A stretch of 64,000 bases of DNA from Moorena sp. SIO3A2 (GCF_010672265.1 NZ_JAAHHC010000004.1:6161-70160), one strand, 5' to 3'; shown: positions 18,706 to 28,921, numbered from the stretch's first letter. Translations and numbers: made by a program. Notes: generated by a model not told the origin, from the sequence alone.

Positions 18706-20046
18706 ATTTTAGAGTTCAAGGCGAAAGGAAAAAAACATCAATACTCTGGGATCAACGAGGCTATCCGGACAGTCCAGTTCATCCGTAATAGCTGCCTCAG
18801 GTATTGGATGGAAAATAAAGGGGTCAACAAATTTGACCTTAATAAGTACAGTGCAGTCCTTGCTAAAAACTTTCCTTTTGCTAATGAATTAAACTCTACT
18901 GCTCGTCAGTCTAGTGCTGAAAGAGCATGGTCATCAATTGTTCGATTCTTTGATAACTGCAAGAAAAAAGTACCTGGAAAGAAAGGTTTTCCTAAGTTCC
19001 AGAAAAACTGCCGCTCAGTGGAGTATAAACAGTCTGGATGGAAGTTATCCCCTGACAAGAAGTCAATCACCTTTAGTGATAAAAAGGGTATTGGGAAGCT
19101 TAAGCTTAAAGGTAGATGGGACTTGTGGCGCTTGGATAAAAAGGAAATAAAGCGAGTCCGTATAGTTCGCCGGGCTGATGGTTATTATGTCCAGTTTTGT
19201 GTTTCAGTTGATATCAAAGAGGAACTAGAGCCAAGTGGGACAGCTATCGGCTTGGATGTTGGACTAAAATATTTTTACACTGATTCCGCTGGAAAAACTG
19301 AACCAAATCCCTGCTTTTACAGAACGGGAGAAAAACGCCTTAAGTTCTACCAGCGTCGAGTTTCTCGCAAGAAGAAAGGCTCATCCAATCGAAATAAAGC
19401 AGTTAATAGACTAGGCAGACAGCACCTTAAGATAAGTAGGCAACGTGAAGAGAACGCCAAGAGACTGGGAACGAAGTTACCGTAAGAATAAAGAAGCCTT
19501 TATGGTTAGTCGGCTATGCATAAAAGGGTTAAATCTTTGTTATTAAGGCTTCTTTATTCTAAGGTTTCGTCTCCGGCGCGCTGCGTAATCTGTTCTAACG
19601 ATCTGGTCGCCTAGGTCGACTTAAGAGCCAAGAACCTAGTAAAAAATCACTGCCTCGCTAAGTCTATTAATGATGCAGGTTGGTATCAGTTTAGGAAATG
19701 GATGGAGCACTTTGGCACCAAGTTCGGAAAGGTAACAGTTGCAGTAAATCCTGCATATACCAGCCAAAACTGTTCCAATTGTGGCGAAGAAGTTAAAAAG
19801 TCCCTATCAACTAGGACTCATACGTGCAAGTGTGGTTGTCAGTTAGATAGAGACCACAACGCCGCAATAAACATCCTTAAGAAAGCCTTGGGTACGGTGG
19901 GGCACACCGGAACCTGGATCTTAAAATATCTAAACGCTTCAGGAGAATCGGCCTCTACTGTTCTTGGTTCCGGCCAGGTTCAGCAAGCTGGCTCGTTGAA
20001 TGAAGAATCCCCGCGTATGCGCGACCGGGGAGTGTCAAAAAACTAG
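18706..20046 (+). pseudogene. tnpB: IS200/IS605-family TnpB (OrfB, RNA-guided endonuclease family) gene, disrupted between 19486 and 19700 by a nested hairpin element and local rearrangement
   Basis: N-terminal part (to 19485) and C-terminal part (19702-20046, with the zinc finger CSNCG...CKCGC and a RuvC-III-like NAAINI motif) lie in different frames, separated by element H5 and an in-frame stop. Confidence 0.75.
19476..19574 (+). mobile_element. Hairpin element H5 inserted within tnpB (GTTACCGTAAG-[AATAAAGAAGCCTTTAT...ATTAAGGCTTCTTTATT]-CTAAGGTTTCGTCTCC)
   Basis: Direct reading; same flanks as H1, loop like H4. Confidence 0.55.
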
Positions 20047-20059
20047 AAAGCTTGCTTTG

Positions 20060-21634
20060 ATGTCTCGACATAAGTACAAGAGATTAAAACACCAAATCAT
20101 CCGGGTACCGAGCCGTTGGTACTTCTGCCTATCTTTGGCTATTACCATCCTGCTGGGATGGCTTGGTGTAGCAGTAGCACAAGATAGTAACACGAATAAT
20201 TTCACTAACCTGTCTACTATCTGGTTGTTAGTTTCATCTTTTCTAGTCTTTTTTATGAATGCTGGCTTTGCCATGTTAGAAGCCGGGTTATGTAGACGGA
20301 GAAATGCGACTAATGTCTTGGCTAAAAATTTGATAGTTTTCTGTATATCAGCCTTAGCCTTTTGGCTAGTTGGCTTTGGCTTAATGTTTGGTGATGGCAT
20401 CACTTACAGTTGTGTTCCAGGAGAAAATAATAGTTTAAGTTTAGTGGGTCAAAAGGGGTTGTTTTTTAATCTTCCCTTTCCCCAATTTGGAAATCTTGGT
20501 TTTCCAGAATCAGGATTTAATTGTCTCAATCAAGATTGGTCTAATCGCTCCTTTGCGGCTCTATTTTTATTTCAGTTAGTCTTTGCTGGAACTGCAGCCA
20601 CTATTGTTTCAGGAGCTGTTGCTGAACGGGTAAAATTCTGGGCATTTCTCCTATTTAGTTTTTTCCTGGTTGGTTTTATCTATCCCGTAACCGGTCACTG
20701 GGTTTGGGGACACTATGGTTGGCTAGCCAAGGCGCTAAAATTTCATGATTTTGCGGGTTCAACTGTAGTCCATAGTGTTGGTGGTATGGCTGGCTTGGTA
20801 GGGGCTTGGCTACTAAAGCCACGACAAGGTCGTTTTGGCTACAATTTAAGAACAGATAGATATGAAGGTCTCGAAACTGAAAAGTTCTCTGCCGATAATC
20901 TGGGTTTAGCCACCTTAGGCTGCTTAATTCTTTGGCTGGGCTGGTTTGGTTTTAATGGTGGCTCAGCAAAGGATCTCGATTATGTAGCTAATACCATCAC
21001 AACTACCATGATGGCAGCAGCAGCTGGTGGAATATCCAGCGTATTTTTTAGTCCAATTATCCTGGGAAAACCCAGTCTAGCCTCAATTATCAATGGCATT
21101 TTAGGTGGGTTGGTGGGAATTACAGCCTCAGCTGCTTTTGTAGATATCAAAAGTGCATTTATAATTGGCTCTATCAGCGGTATTTTTGTCCTTTTAGGCG
21201 AATATTTTCTACAAGTTTGGAAAATTGACGACCCCGTAGGTTCGATTCCTGTTCACCTTTTCTGTGGATTTTGGGGAACGATTGCCTTAGGAATCTTTAG
21301 TAGCAATAGTTCTCTGTTGTACTCGGAACTTGATGTATATGACGATCCATTATTACAAGTGTTGTGTCAGTTCTTAGGCTGGCTGATTATTATCATTGTA
21401 ACAGCTCTATTGAGTTTATTAGGTTGGCTATTAGTTAGCCTAATTTTATATTATGCAAGCCATATCAATGAGCGGATTAGCGGCAAACAACGCCATAGGA
21501 AACAATTACGTCAAACCCAATATTTTCAATTGGGAGAATTTATCTTAACTATTTTTGAAATTGCTCGTCGAGGAATTAGGGTATCTTTGGAAGAAGAAAT
21601 CAGTGGTAGCGATGGAGTTTTTTATAATCCTTAG
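20060..21634 (+). CDS. amt: Ammonium transporter (Amt/MEP family)
   Basis: About 524 aa; signal-peptide-like N-terminus; FAMLEAGL motif; about 11 TM segments; the ORF starting upstream at 20000 overlaps the tnpB remnant and is unlikely to be the real start. Confidence 0.85.
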   Translation: MSRHKYKRLKHQIIRVPSRWYFCLSLAITILLGWLGVAVAQDSNTNNFTNLSTIWLLVSSFLVFFMNAGFAMLEAGLCRRRNATNVLAKNLIVFCISALAFWLVGFGLMFGDGITYSCVPGENNSLSLVGQKGLFFNLPFPQFGNLGFPESGFNCLNQDWSNRSFAALFLFQLVFAGTAATIVSGAVAERVKFWAFLLFSFFLVGFIYPVTGHWVWGHYGWLAKALKFHDFAGSTVVHSVGGMAGLVGAWLLKPRQGRFGYNLRTDRYEGLETEKFSADNLGLATLGCLILWLGWFGFNGGSAKDLDYVANTITTTMMAAAAGGISSVFFSPIILGKPSLASIINGILGGLVGITASAAFVDIKSAFIIGSISGIFVLLGEYFLQVWKIDDPVGSIPVHLFCGFWGTIALGIFSSNSSLLYSELDVYDDPLLQVLCQFLGWLIIIIVTALLSLLGWLLVSLILYYASHINERISGKQRHRKQLRQTQYFQLGEFILTIFEIARRGIRVSLEEEISGSDGVFYNP

Positions 21635-21823
21635 AAGAATCTGGCTTATCAGTAAATAGCTAAGTCTTTAAAAGTAGGCAATAAAATAAATTTTTATTGA
21701 CTAAAACCAGTCTATTAAGTTAGATTAATTAGTTAAATTAATTAGTTATTTAGTTAACTGTTTGCTAAAAATCCATGCATGAATTTCCTATTCCCTGTTC
21801 CCTGTTGCCACAACTACTGATTT

Positions 21824-21860
21824 AACAATTTAATTTAACAATTTAACAATTTAACAATTG
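21824..21860. repeat. ACAATTTA octamer tandem repeat
   Basis: Direct reading. Confidence 0.8.
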
Positions 21861-21861
21861 A

Positions 21862-23055
21862 TTACCCCAAATATTTAGCAGCTGGACAATCTAATTTTAT
21901 TAGATAGTTTCTCAACCAATTAGCATAATTCTCATTATTCCTATCCCATCGACGGAAAAAACGTGGAAGAGATTTTTGTTTAAACTGGTAGTAACGCTCT
22001 GATACTTTACAAAGATTTATAGTAGCTTGCTTGAATTCACCTTGACTAGCGAGCTCTTCTATAGCATAGGAAAACTGCAATTGATCTAACATTGACTGAC
22101 ATAGCTTGGGAAAAGCACTATTTTGACTCTTTATCTTTCTAAGTTGCTCTATTTGTTCTTTTCTGGTAGTAAATTGGCGTCTGCATATGTCCTCAGAAGC
22201 AAGGTTTTTTAGTTGATCGTCTGCTCTTCTAGCACTAGTACACTGAAATACACCAAAGGTAATGACTAGAAACAAGGCGATCAAGCCACCCCAAAAACTA
22301 ATGGGTGATGGGATTCTGCTAGCTGATGAGGTAGCCAAGGTTGTGGCTTGGTCTGGCTCTAAAGGTACTACAGTTGATTGGTTGGGCTCGTCAGTTGTTA
22401 GATCTGGGTGTTTGGGTTCATCAGTTGTCAGCTCTGAGTGTTTAGGCTGGTCAGTTGTGAGATCTTGGTCTTGAGTAACTGGGGTGATTGGTAGGTTAGG
22501 AAAAGCAATGGCGATGGCTTGATCAGTAGCATCTGTCGTCAGCTCAGATGCCAACCAATAGTCTGTACTGGTCAACTGTGCTAACTCTTGAGCTACCCAG
22601 CTGTGATTAAAAACAACCTCATAAATACGGTTAGAAACTTTTAAATTTCCCCCCTGGTTAATCACCACACCGGAGTTGAGCAACACTTTTTGTTCCCAAC
22701 TGTCATTTGCCATCATGACTCCCTGCAAAATTTTCTGATATAGCCGCAGGAATTGTTCTTCGAGCAAGAAACTACGAATATCTTGCAGAAGTTCAGCGGC
22801 TTCCTGAGTTTCCCAATTTTCAACGAAGTGAGTTTTGACTAGTTCTTCGACTTTGAGAGCTTCCTCACCAACAGGGATGGGAGATTTAGAGTCAAGGATA
22901 ACTTGACAAAGCTTCTGGGTCAAAAAAGGCTGAGAGCCAGTCCATGCCAGTACCTCGTCTAAGACAACATCAGGGTTACTCAGATGCTCAGCCAATGCGA
23001 GTTTGAATGGTTCGAGGATTTTAGCCACCTCAGGTTTATCCTGCTTAGAGGTCAT
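21862..23055 (-). CDS. Hypothetical single-TM protein; the N-terminal ~180 aa resemble the C-terminal module of AAA-like (PF14516-type) ATPases such as the protein at 58468-59823; acidic HSELTTDEPKH repeats in the middle
   Basis: 397-aa ORF; shared pattern W(E/S)xxEAAExL ... NLKVSNRIYEVVF versus WSNSEAAEKL ... TLCCNLYRQYF; three ~30-nt DNA repeats at 22375-22470. Confidence 0.45.
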   Translation of the reverse strand: MTSKQDKPEVAKILEPFKLALAEHLSNPDVVLDEVLAWTGSQPFLTQKLCQVILDSKSPIPVGEEALKVEELVKTHFVENWETQEAAELLQDIRSFLLEEQFLRLYQKILQGVMMANDSWEQKVLLNSGVVINQGGNLKVSNRIYEVVFNHSWVAQELAQLTSTDYWLASELTTDATDQAIAIAFPNLPITPVTQDQDLTTDQPKHSELTTDEPKHPDLTTDEPNQSTVVPLEPDQATTLATSSASRIPSPISFWGGLIALFLVITFGVFQCTSARRADDQLKNLASEDICRRQFTTRKEQIEQLRKIKSQNSAFPKLCQSMLDQLQFSYAIEELASQGEFKQATINLCKVSERYYQFKQKSLPRFFRRWDRNNENYANWLRNYLIKLDCPAAKYLG

Positions 23056-23197
23056 TTCATTCCTTGTGTATTCCAGACTATTTTTCCTTCAAACATATTT
23101 TGTGATAGTCTTGAATTTTCGATCAAGATTAACAAGGAATTTCTATGATCTACAAGCCAGGTTATGGGTAAGATATGGGGTGTAAACTACATGTCCA

Positions 23198-23542
23198 CTA
23201 CATGTCCATTACATCCAACCCCTCTGATGGCATAATCTTTCCCCCAAACGACTTAACTACATCTTCAAACAAGGGCATATCATCCTGTGGGATTTCCACT
23301 ACTACTACCATTTTGGCATATTCCTCTGCTCCTTCTTCCTTGTATTCTATTTGCTCGAAGGGCAGGTCTGTTGTCCAATCGTCTGAATTGCTATCAATCA
23401 TAGGGACGTTGGGCAACAGTTCTTCAACTGGGATAGCGCGAGGTTTAAAAGGCAGATCGACGCAAAATCGAGGCAGTGCCTGATGAGAAAAATTAACGAA
23501 ATCCACGGGATTGCTAAACACGACTGAAACTTGGACTTTCAT
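23198..23542 (-). CDS. Hypothetical protein
   Basis: 114-aa ORF, no recognisable motif; acidic C-terminus. Confidence 0.3.
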   Translation of the reverse strand: MKVQVSVVFSNPVDFVNFSHQALPRFCVDLPFKPRAIPVEELLPNVPMIDSNSDDWTTDLPFEQIEYKEEGAEEYAKMVVVVEIPQDDMPLFEDVVKSFGGKIMPSEGLDVMDM

Positions 23543-23727
23543 AATCTATGCTATGGTATTAAATCTATTGAGACTAAGTTGAATTAATACATCATAGCAA
23601 AGATGAGCAGTGAGACAGCCTCTGACTTCCAGTCATGGCAAATCTGGGTCTAATACCCCCGTTAACCAAACTGGTAATATGAACATTATATTGTATCGCA
23701 ATGACTCAATTTAGGAATTGATGCCTG

Positions 23728-24123
23728 GTGAATAAAGACCTATCAAGGAGTTTGGTTTACGAGTTCCAGCCTCATCAGATTATTTGTTTAGAGCATGACA
23801 ATACTCGTTTATACGCTGAAGTGATCGAATTTGTGTCATCGCGACAAATGTGTTGGGTGCGTTCTATGATATTGGTCACCTTGCATAGTCAAGAGCCTGT
23901 GCCAGTGGAACTCCCTGAACAGCTTACTCTTTACGACCTACGCTCTGGACCGGATTTACTTTGGCCAGCGAGTTTATTACGACTAGCCTTAGACACTGAA
24001 GTAATTCCCCTCTTGGTTCGGTTAGATGACCCTGATGTCAATGTAGAAAGTGACCCTGATGCTCGCCAGCAACTAAGTTATTTTATCTGTGCAGTTTGGC
24101 AAGCTTATCCTGAAAAGTTTTAA
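23728..24123 (+). CDS. Hypothetical protein
   Basis: 131-aa ORF with coding-like composition. Confidence 0.35.
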   Translation: MNKDLSRSLVYEFQPHQIICLEHDNTRLYAEVIEFVSSRQMCWVRSMILVTLHSQEPVPVELPEQLTLYDLRSGPDLLWPASLLRLALDTEVIPLLVRLDDPDVNVESDPDARQQLSYFICAVWQAYPEKF

Positions 24124-24274
24124 GTTTTTTTAATGGTTAATCGGTAATAGGACTTTGCCAACTCAATGGTGATCTGATCACGACTCAAGCAGTAGCAAGT
24201 CAGACCCCTTAGGAGAGTAAACTAAAGTTGTAGGGGTTTTGCCACATGTAGCTGTCAGAGCTTGCCCCAACCCT

Positions 24275-24311
24275 GAAAGTCATGGCTAAAAGTCATGGCT
24301 AAAAGTCATGG
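24275..24311. repeat. 14-nt tandem repeat AAAGTCATGGCTAA, 3 copies
   Basis: Direct reading. Confidence 0.7.
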
Positions 24312-24363
24312 AGTAGTTACCAAGCCTCCGAGCTGGTCTAGCCTTAGTTTATAACCACTTTTT

Positions 24364-24558
24364 CTAGTGACTCGGAACTAGCTGTACACGACCAGCATCC
24401 ATCTCAGACATTAATAATTCCAGTGCTTCGTAATCCACATCAGAGATGTAACCAGTTTGAGTTAGTTCGTAGTTAATTGCATTTTCTATATCAGGAGTCA
24501 ATTTCCTAATATAGAGGGCTTTTTCTACTAGTTGACGAATAACAAATGTAGTTTTCAC
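24364..24558 (-). CDS. Small hypothetical protein
   Basis: 64-aa ORF. Confidence 0.25.
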   Translation of the reverse strand: MKTTFVIRQLVEKALYIRKLTPDIENAINYELTQTGYISDVDYEALELLMSEMDAGRVQLVPSH

Positions 24559-24783
24559 AATTACTTACCCACAATTCCATATAACTTTATTGTCTTCTGA
24601 AATTACTAGCCACTATAGTGATCTTTATCTTATTGGGATGTGATCTAAATCACTGATGAGGTGGATTGGTACTCTCTGACATATATATTACATATATATT
24701 ATATGCCTTTTGGACTTAACTCAGAAAGCTTAACCTCAACGGAAGAAGCTATGCCGTTTCAAGGGTTAGAGGTATTGAAGTTT

Positions 24784-24905
24784 AGGTGCGACCCGTTCGC
24801 GTAGCGTTGGCAAAGCCAATAGGTGCGACCCAAGGGCGATTTATTCGCCCTTGGAGGCGCGCACCAATAGGTGCGAATTTAATTCTTAATGGGTCAAGCG
24901 CACCT
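24784..24905. mobile_element. Copy D: composite/nested cluster of the palindromic MITE-like element (2-3 units, including the variant palindrome CCAAGGGCGATTTATTCGCCCTTGG)
   Basis: Direct reading. Confidence 0.6.
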
Positions 24906-25334
24906 AAGGCAGTTATAAGGACATACTGCTTAGTACTACTTGCCTCTACACCCTAGTTAACGTTATACTTATCTAAGGCTAAACATTTGGCTCAAGCCTA
25001 TAACAAAAAGTATTATATTTCTATGTCAGGGCAGCTCTATTTAGTTAACGTAACAAAAATTATTAAAATTTAATCCCTACTTATAGGCATCAACTGAGCC
25101 ATGCTCTTAGCAACTTAGACCATCGGAAATGAAAAATAAATTACTTAACTTGAAAAAAAGTAATATATGATACATTTTGATGGTAAGTTTAATGAAGATT
25201 TCAAAAACCATTAGCAATCTGTAAAGATTCGGCAAAGTCTATCAGAAGTGGTATGGAATTAGCGAAATTCCATACTATCTTCAATATATTCTCTATAAAA
25301 TTTTATTGGATTTGACCAAGTGAGGAGTCTACTC

Positions 25335-25667
25335 ATGACACAGGCGACCCTGAGTGCAAAATTAAGAATTATTCAACCTTCCGGTCATATTAACGCTTCT
25401 AATGCAATTGAGTTTAAAAGTCAGTTGACAGAAGCTGTGGTGGCTGCTGAGGATTCGGCTTTGTTGGTTGATATGCATCAGTTAGAGTCTCTCGACAGTG
25501 CTGGCTTAATGGCCTTAATTCATGGTCTGAAGCTAGCAAGAAGTCTAGAGAGGCGCTTTGGTCTTTGCTCCGTAGCTCCTTCAATTCGAATTATGCTGGA
25601 GCTAACTAAATTAGATGGGGTGTTTGAGATTTTTGACAGCCATGAGGCTTTTGCTACAGCCCTCTAG
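25335..25667 (+). CDS. STAS-domain protein (anti-sigma-factor antagonist, SpoIIAA-like)
   Basis: About 110 aa; pattern L.IIQPSGHI ... LVDMHQLESLDSAGLMALI typical of STAS/anti-anti-sigma proteins. Confidence 0.7.
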   Translation: MTQATLSAKLRIIQPSGHINASNAIEFKSQLTEAVVAAEDSALLVDMHQLESLDSAGLMALIHGLKLARSLERRFGLCSVAPSIRIMLELTKLDGVFEIFDSHEAFATAL

Positions 25668-25913
25668 GGGGTTGGAGTAGGTTGGGAAGCTAACTCAATG
25701 GCTCTGAGTGCAGCAAAATCATAGGAAATCTTGGGAAGATTAAGTGCTTACAGCGATGATGATGGGAGGAGATAGGGAAATACCAGTTAAGAAGTATGGT
25801 GGTTATTATCTCCCTCACTTCATCCACCTTCACCCCCTTATCTCTAGCCTGAGTACTGATAAAATCAAAGGTGGATCAGGGTTAACTGCATTGAAAGCAG
25901 TAATAAAGTTTCT

Positions 25914-28814
25914 ATGGCAATCACTGTAGAGGAAATATTAACACCAGACATCAACAGACCAGCCCGTTACTTAGGTAACGAGTTGGGAGCAGTCCATAAA
26001 CCTTGGGAAGAAGCTGAGGTACGCTGGGTATTGACTTATCCAGAAATCTATGAAGTGGGGGCTTCTAACTTAGGCCATATCATCCTCTACAATATATTGA
26101 ATTATCAACCTAGGCAATTATGCGATCGCGCCTATCTACCTGCCCCAGACTTGGCAGCTAAATTACGTTCCACTCAAACCCCTCTGTTTGCTGTCGAGAA
26201 TCGGCGACCTCTGAAAGATTTTGATATTATTGGCTTTAGCCTTAGCTATGAATTAGGGGCAACCAACATCTTGGAAATGTTGGATTTGGGAGGAATTCCC
26301 CTGACCTGGAAAGACCGTGCTCAGTTTGATATATCGGAAATACCCCTAATTTTTGCAGGTGGACAAACGGCGACATCGAATCCTGAACCCTATGCTGATT
26401 TCTTAGATTTTGTTGATCTTGGCGATGGGGAAGAATTGTTGCCAGAGATTGGCTTAGTAATCGAAGAAGGCAAAGCAGCTGGCTTAAGTCGAGAAGCGTT
26501 ACTCCTGGATTTGGCTCAGATACCAGGGGTGTATGTCCCCCAATTCTATGATATGACTGAGGATGGCTCAGTTAAACCCAACCGCCCTGATGTGCCGAAG
26601 CGGATTTTGCGGCGTGTGGCTACACCGATGCCTGCCTATGCTATTGGACTAGTACCCTATATCCAAACGGTTCATGACCGACTCAAGATCGAAGTGCGAC
26701 GGGGCTGTACTCGGGGTTGTCGCTTCTGCCAACCTGGGATGCTGACTCGACCAGCGCGGGATGTGGAACCAGAAAAAGTGGTGGAAGCTATTGAACAAGG
26801 GATGCGTGCTACAGGGTATAACGAGTTTTCCCTTCTATCCCTGAGTTGTTCGGATTACCTGGCTCTACCAGCGGTGGGGATGGAAATCAAAAATCGTCTT
26901 AAGGATCAGAATATTTCCTTGTCCCTACCGAGTCAGCGGGTAGACCGCTTTGATGAGAATATTGCCAATATCCTAGGGGGCAATCGGCAGAGTGGCTTGA
27001 CCTTTGCCCCAGAAGCAGGAACTCAGCGGATGCGGGATATTGTTAATAAGGGACTGACTAATGAAGAACTGCTCAGGGGAGTAAAGACGGCATTTGAGCA
27101 AGGCTGGGAGAAAGTCAAGCTCTATTTTATGATTGGTTTGCCCGGTGAAACGGATATGGATGTGTTGGGGATTGCGGAAACGGTGCGTTGGTTGCAGCAG
27201 GAGTGCCGTGCTAAAGGCAGAAAAACCATTAAGTTTAACATAACTGTTTCTAATTTTACCCCAAAACCTCACACCCCATTCCAGTGGCATTCCGTATCGA
27301 CTTCGGAGTTTGAACGCAAGCAGGAATTACTCAAACAAGTATTTGGTCAGATCAGGGGGGTGAAGGTTAATTACACCGATGTTCGGATTTCGGCCATGGA
27401 AGATTTCGTGGGACGGGGTGACAGACGCTTAAGTGCGGTGGTGCGCCGTGCTTGGGAATTGGGGGCAGGGATGGACTCCTGGATGGAAAGCTTGGATCGG
27501 GCATTTGCTGCTTGGGAAAATGCGATCGCTTCATCAGGTCTGACCTGGAAATATCGCCAAGTAGAAAATGGCGAATGGAACGTGATGGCGGGTGTAGAAG
27601 AGTTGCAAGTTGGAAGGTTGTTCGCGAAGCGTGGCCAAAAGGCCAAGGTTGAAAGTTCAGAGCAACCAGCTAACCTACAACCAGCTAACCTACAACCAAC
27701 TAACCGACAACCAACTAACCGACAACCAACTAACCTTCAACCAGCTAACCTTCAACCAACTAACCTTCAACCAACTAACCTTCAACCTTCTAACCTTCAA
27801 CCTTCTAACCTTCAACCTTCTAACCTTCAACCTTCTAACCTTCAACCAGCTAACCTTCAACCAGCTAACCTTCAACCGTCAACCCTTAACGCCCTTGATG
27901 CTCCCTTGCCTTGGGATCATATTGATACGGGAATTGATAAGAATTGGCTCAAGGAAGATTTACAACGGGCGTTAGATGCAGCAACGGTACCGGATTGTTC
28001 CTTTGATGGGTGTTCTCACTGTGGTGTGTGTGGGATTGATTTTGGTCATAATGTAGTGATTGAGCCGCCACAGATTCCGCAATTTGCTGGTCACTTTAAA
28101 CCCAATACTAATAAGGATCAGCGGCTGCGGGTTTGCTTTGGGAAGTTGGGGGATATGACCTTGTTGGGTCATCTGGATTTGGCAAGTCTGTTTGAGAGAG
28201 CAGTAAGACGGGCGTCACTGCCAATTCGATATAGTGGGGGGTTTCGGGCTAATGCTCGGATTATGATTGCTAATGCGTTGCCCTTGGGAGCGTCTAGCAG
28301 TGGGGAGATTGTGGAGTTTGAGTTAACTGAGAAAATGCCAGTTGAGGAGTTTAGGGAAAGGCTGGTGTCTCAGTTGCCTAAAGAGATTCCGGTGTATGGG
28401 GTTGAAGCAGTGGATTTGAAGGAACCTGCGGGAACTCAGCTGTTGGAGAGAGCTGAGTATTTGATTCGAGTTGAGGTAATATCAGAAGCGTCTTGGGAAG
28501 AGTGGCAGGGTTGGATTGAAGCAATCAAAGGTAGTAAGGAAATTTGGTGGGAGCGGTTTACGAAGTCGGGGAAGAAGCAGTGGGTGAATTTATGCGATCG
28601 CTTATTTGACTTCGAGGTGATCGAACCCCAAAAATCCAAAGATGGTGAAGAGGAGGTTGCGGAGTCTGGGGTGGTTTTGCGGTATGTGGGGAGTTGTTTG
28701 AATGATGGCACGATGTTGCGACCAGAGCACATTATTTATATGTTGGAGCAGGTGGCGCAGCGGGAGTTTCGTTTGTTGCATGTTCATCGGCAACGGTTGA
28801 TTCTGCGCAATTGA
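25914..28814 (+). CDS. Radical SAM protein fusion (TIGR03960-like B12-binding/radical SAM N-domain plus DUF2344/TIGR03936-like C-domain) with a repetitive interdomain linker
   Basis: 966-aa ORF; CxxxCxxC-type radical SAM cluster (RRGCTRGCRFCQ); C-terminal DUF2344-like region; linker made of PANLQ/PTNLQ/PSNLQ repeats. Confidence 0.8.
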   Translation: MAITVEEILTPDINRPARYLGNELGAVHKPWEEAEVRWVLTYPEIYEVGASNLGHIILYNILNYQPRQLCDRAYLPAPDLAAKLRSTQTPLFAVENRRPLKDFDIIGFSLSYELGATNILEMLDLGGIPLTWKDRAQFDISEIPLIFAGGQTATSNPEPYADFLDFVDLGDGEELLPEIGLVIEEGKAAGLSREALLLDLAQIPGVYVPQFYDMTEDGSVKPNRPDVPKRILRRVATPMPAYAIGLVPYIQTVHDRLKIEVRRGCTRGCRFCQPGMLTRPARDVEPEKVVEAIEQGMRATGYNEFSLLSLSCSDYLALPAVGMEIKNRLKDQNISLSLPSQRVDRFDENIANILGGNRQSGLTFAPEAGTQRMRDIVNKGLTNEELLRGVKTAFEQGWEKVKLYFMIGLPGETDMDVLGIAETVRWLQQECRAKGRKTIKFNITVSNFTPKPHTPFQWHSVSTSEFERKQELLKQVFGQIRGVKVNYTDVRISAMEDFVGRGDRRLSAVVRRAWELGAGMDSWMESLDRAFAAWENAIASSGLTWKYRQVENGEWNVMAGVEELQVGRLFAKRGQKAKVESSEQPANLQPANLQPTNRQPTNRQPTNLQPANLQPTNLQPTNLQPSNLQPSNLQPSNLQPSNLQPANLQPANLQPSTLNALDAPLPWDHIDTGIDKNWLKEDLQRALDAATVPDCSFDGCSHCGVCGIDFGHNVVIEPPQIPQFAGHFKPNTNKDQRLRVCFGKLGDMTLLGHLDLASLFERAVRRASLPIRYSGGFRANARIMIANALPLGASSSGEIVEFELTEKMPVEEFRERLVSQLPKEIPVYGVEAVDLKEPAGTQLLERAEYLIRVEVISEASWEEWQGWIEAIKGSKEIWWERFTKSGKKQWVNLCDRLFDFEVIEPQKSKDGEEEVAESGVVLRYVGSCLNDGTMLRPEHIIYMLEQVAQREFRLLHVHRQRLILRN
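27665..27885. repeat. 15-nt tandem repeat (CCAGCTAACCTACAA and variants), about 15 copies, in frame within the radical SAM fusion CDS
   Basis: Direct reading; encodes (P[ATS]N[LR]Q)n. Confidence 0.9.
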
Positions 28815-28921
28815 GAAATTTGGCGTTGCTGAATTAAGGTATGATTGGCTAAAAATGTGGCGTTGCTGAATCAATCAATGAATATGAGTGGGGTGGACAT
28901 CCTGCCTGCCCAAAAAGATCC

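Noticed and set aside
20000-20059. Upstream start for the ammonium transporter at 20000
   Set aside because: It overlaps the tnpB C-terminal remnant; the ATG at 20060 gives a plausible signal peptide.
25744-25929. 61-aa ORF just upstream of the radical SAM gene
   Set aside because: Low-complexity, overlaps the probable 5' UTR and start of the radical SAM gene; no motif.
27610-27975. ORFs 27610-27975 (+) and 27690-27875 (-) with QLTFN / VSWLK repeats
   Set aside because: Alternative-frame translations of the 15-nt tandem repeat inside the radical SAM gene.
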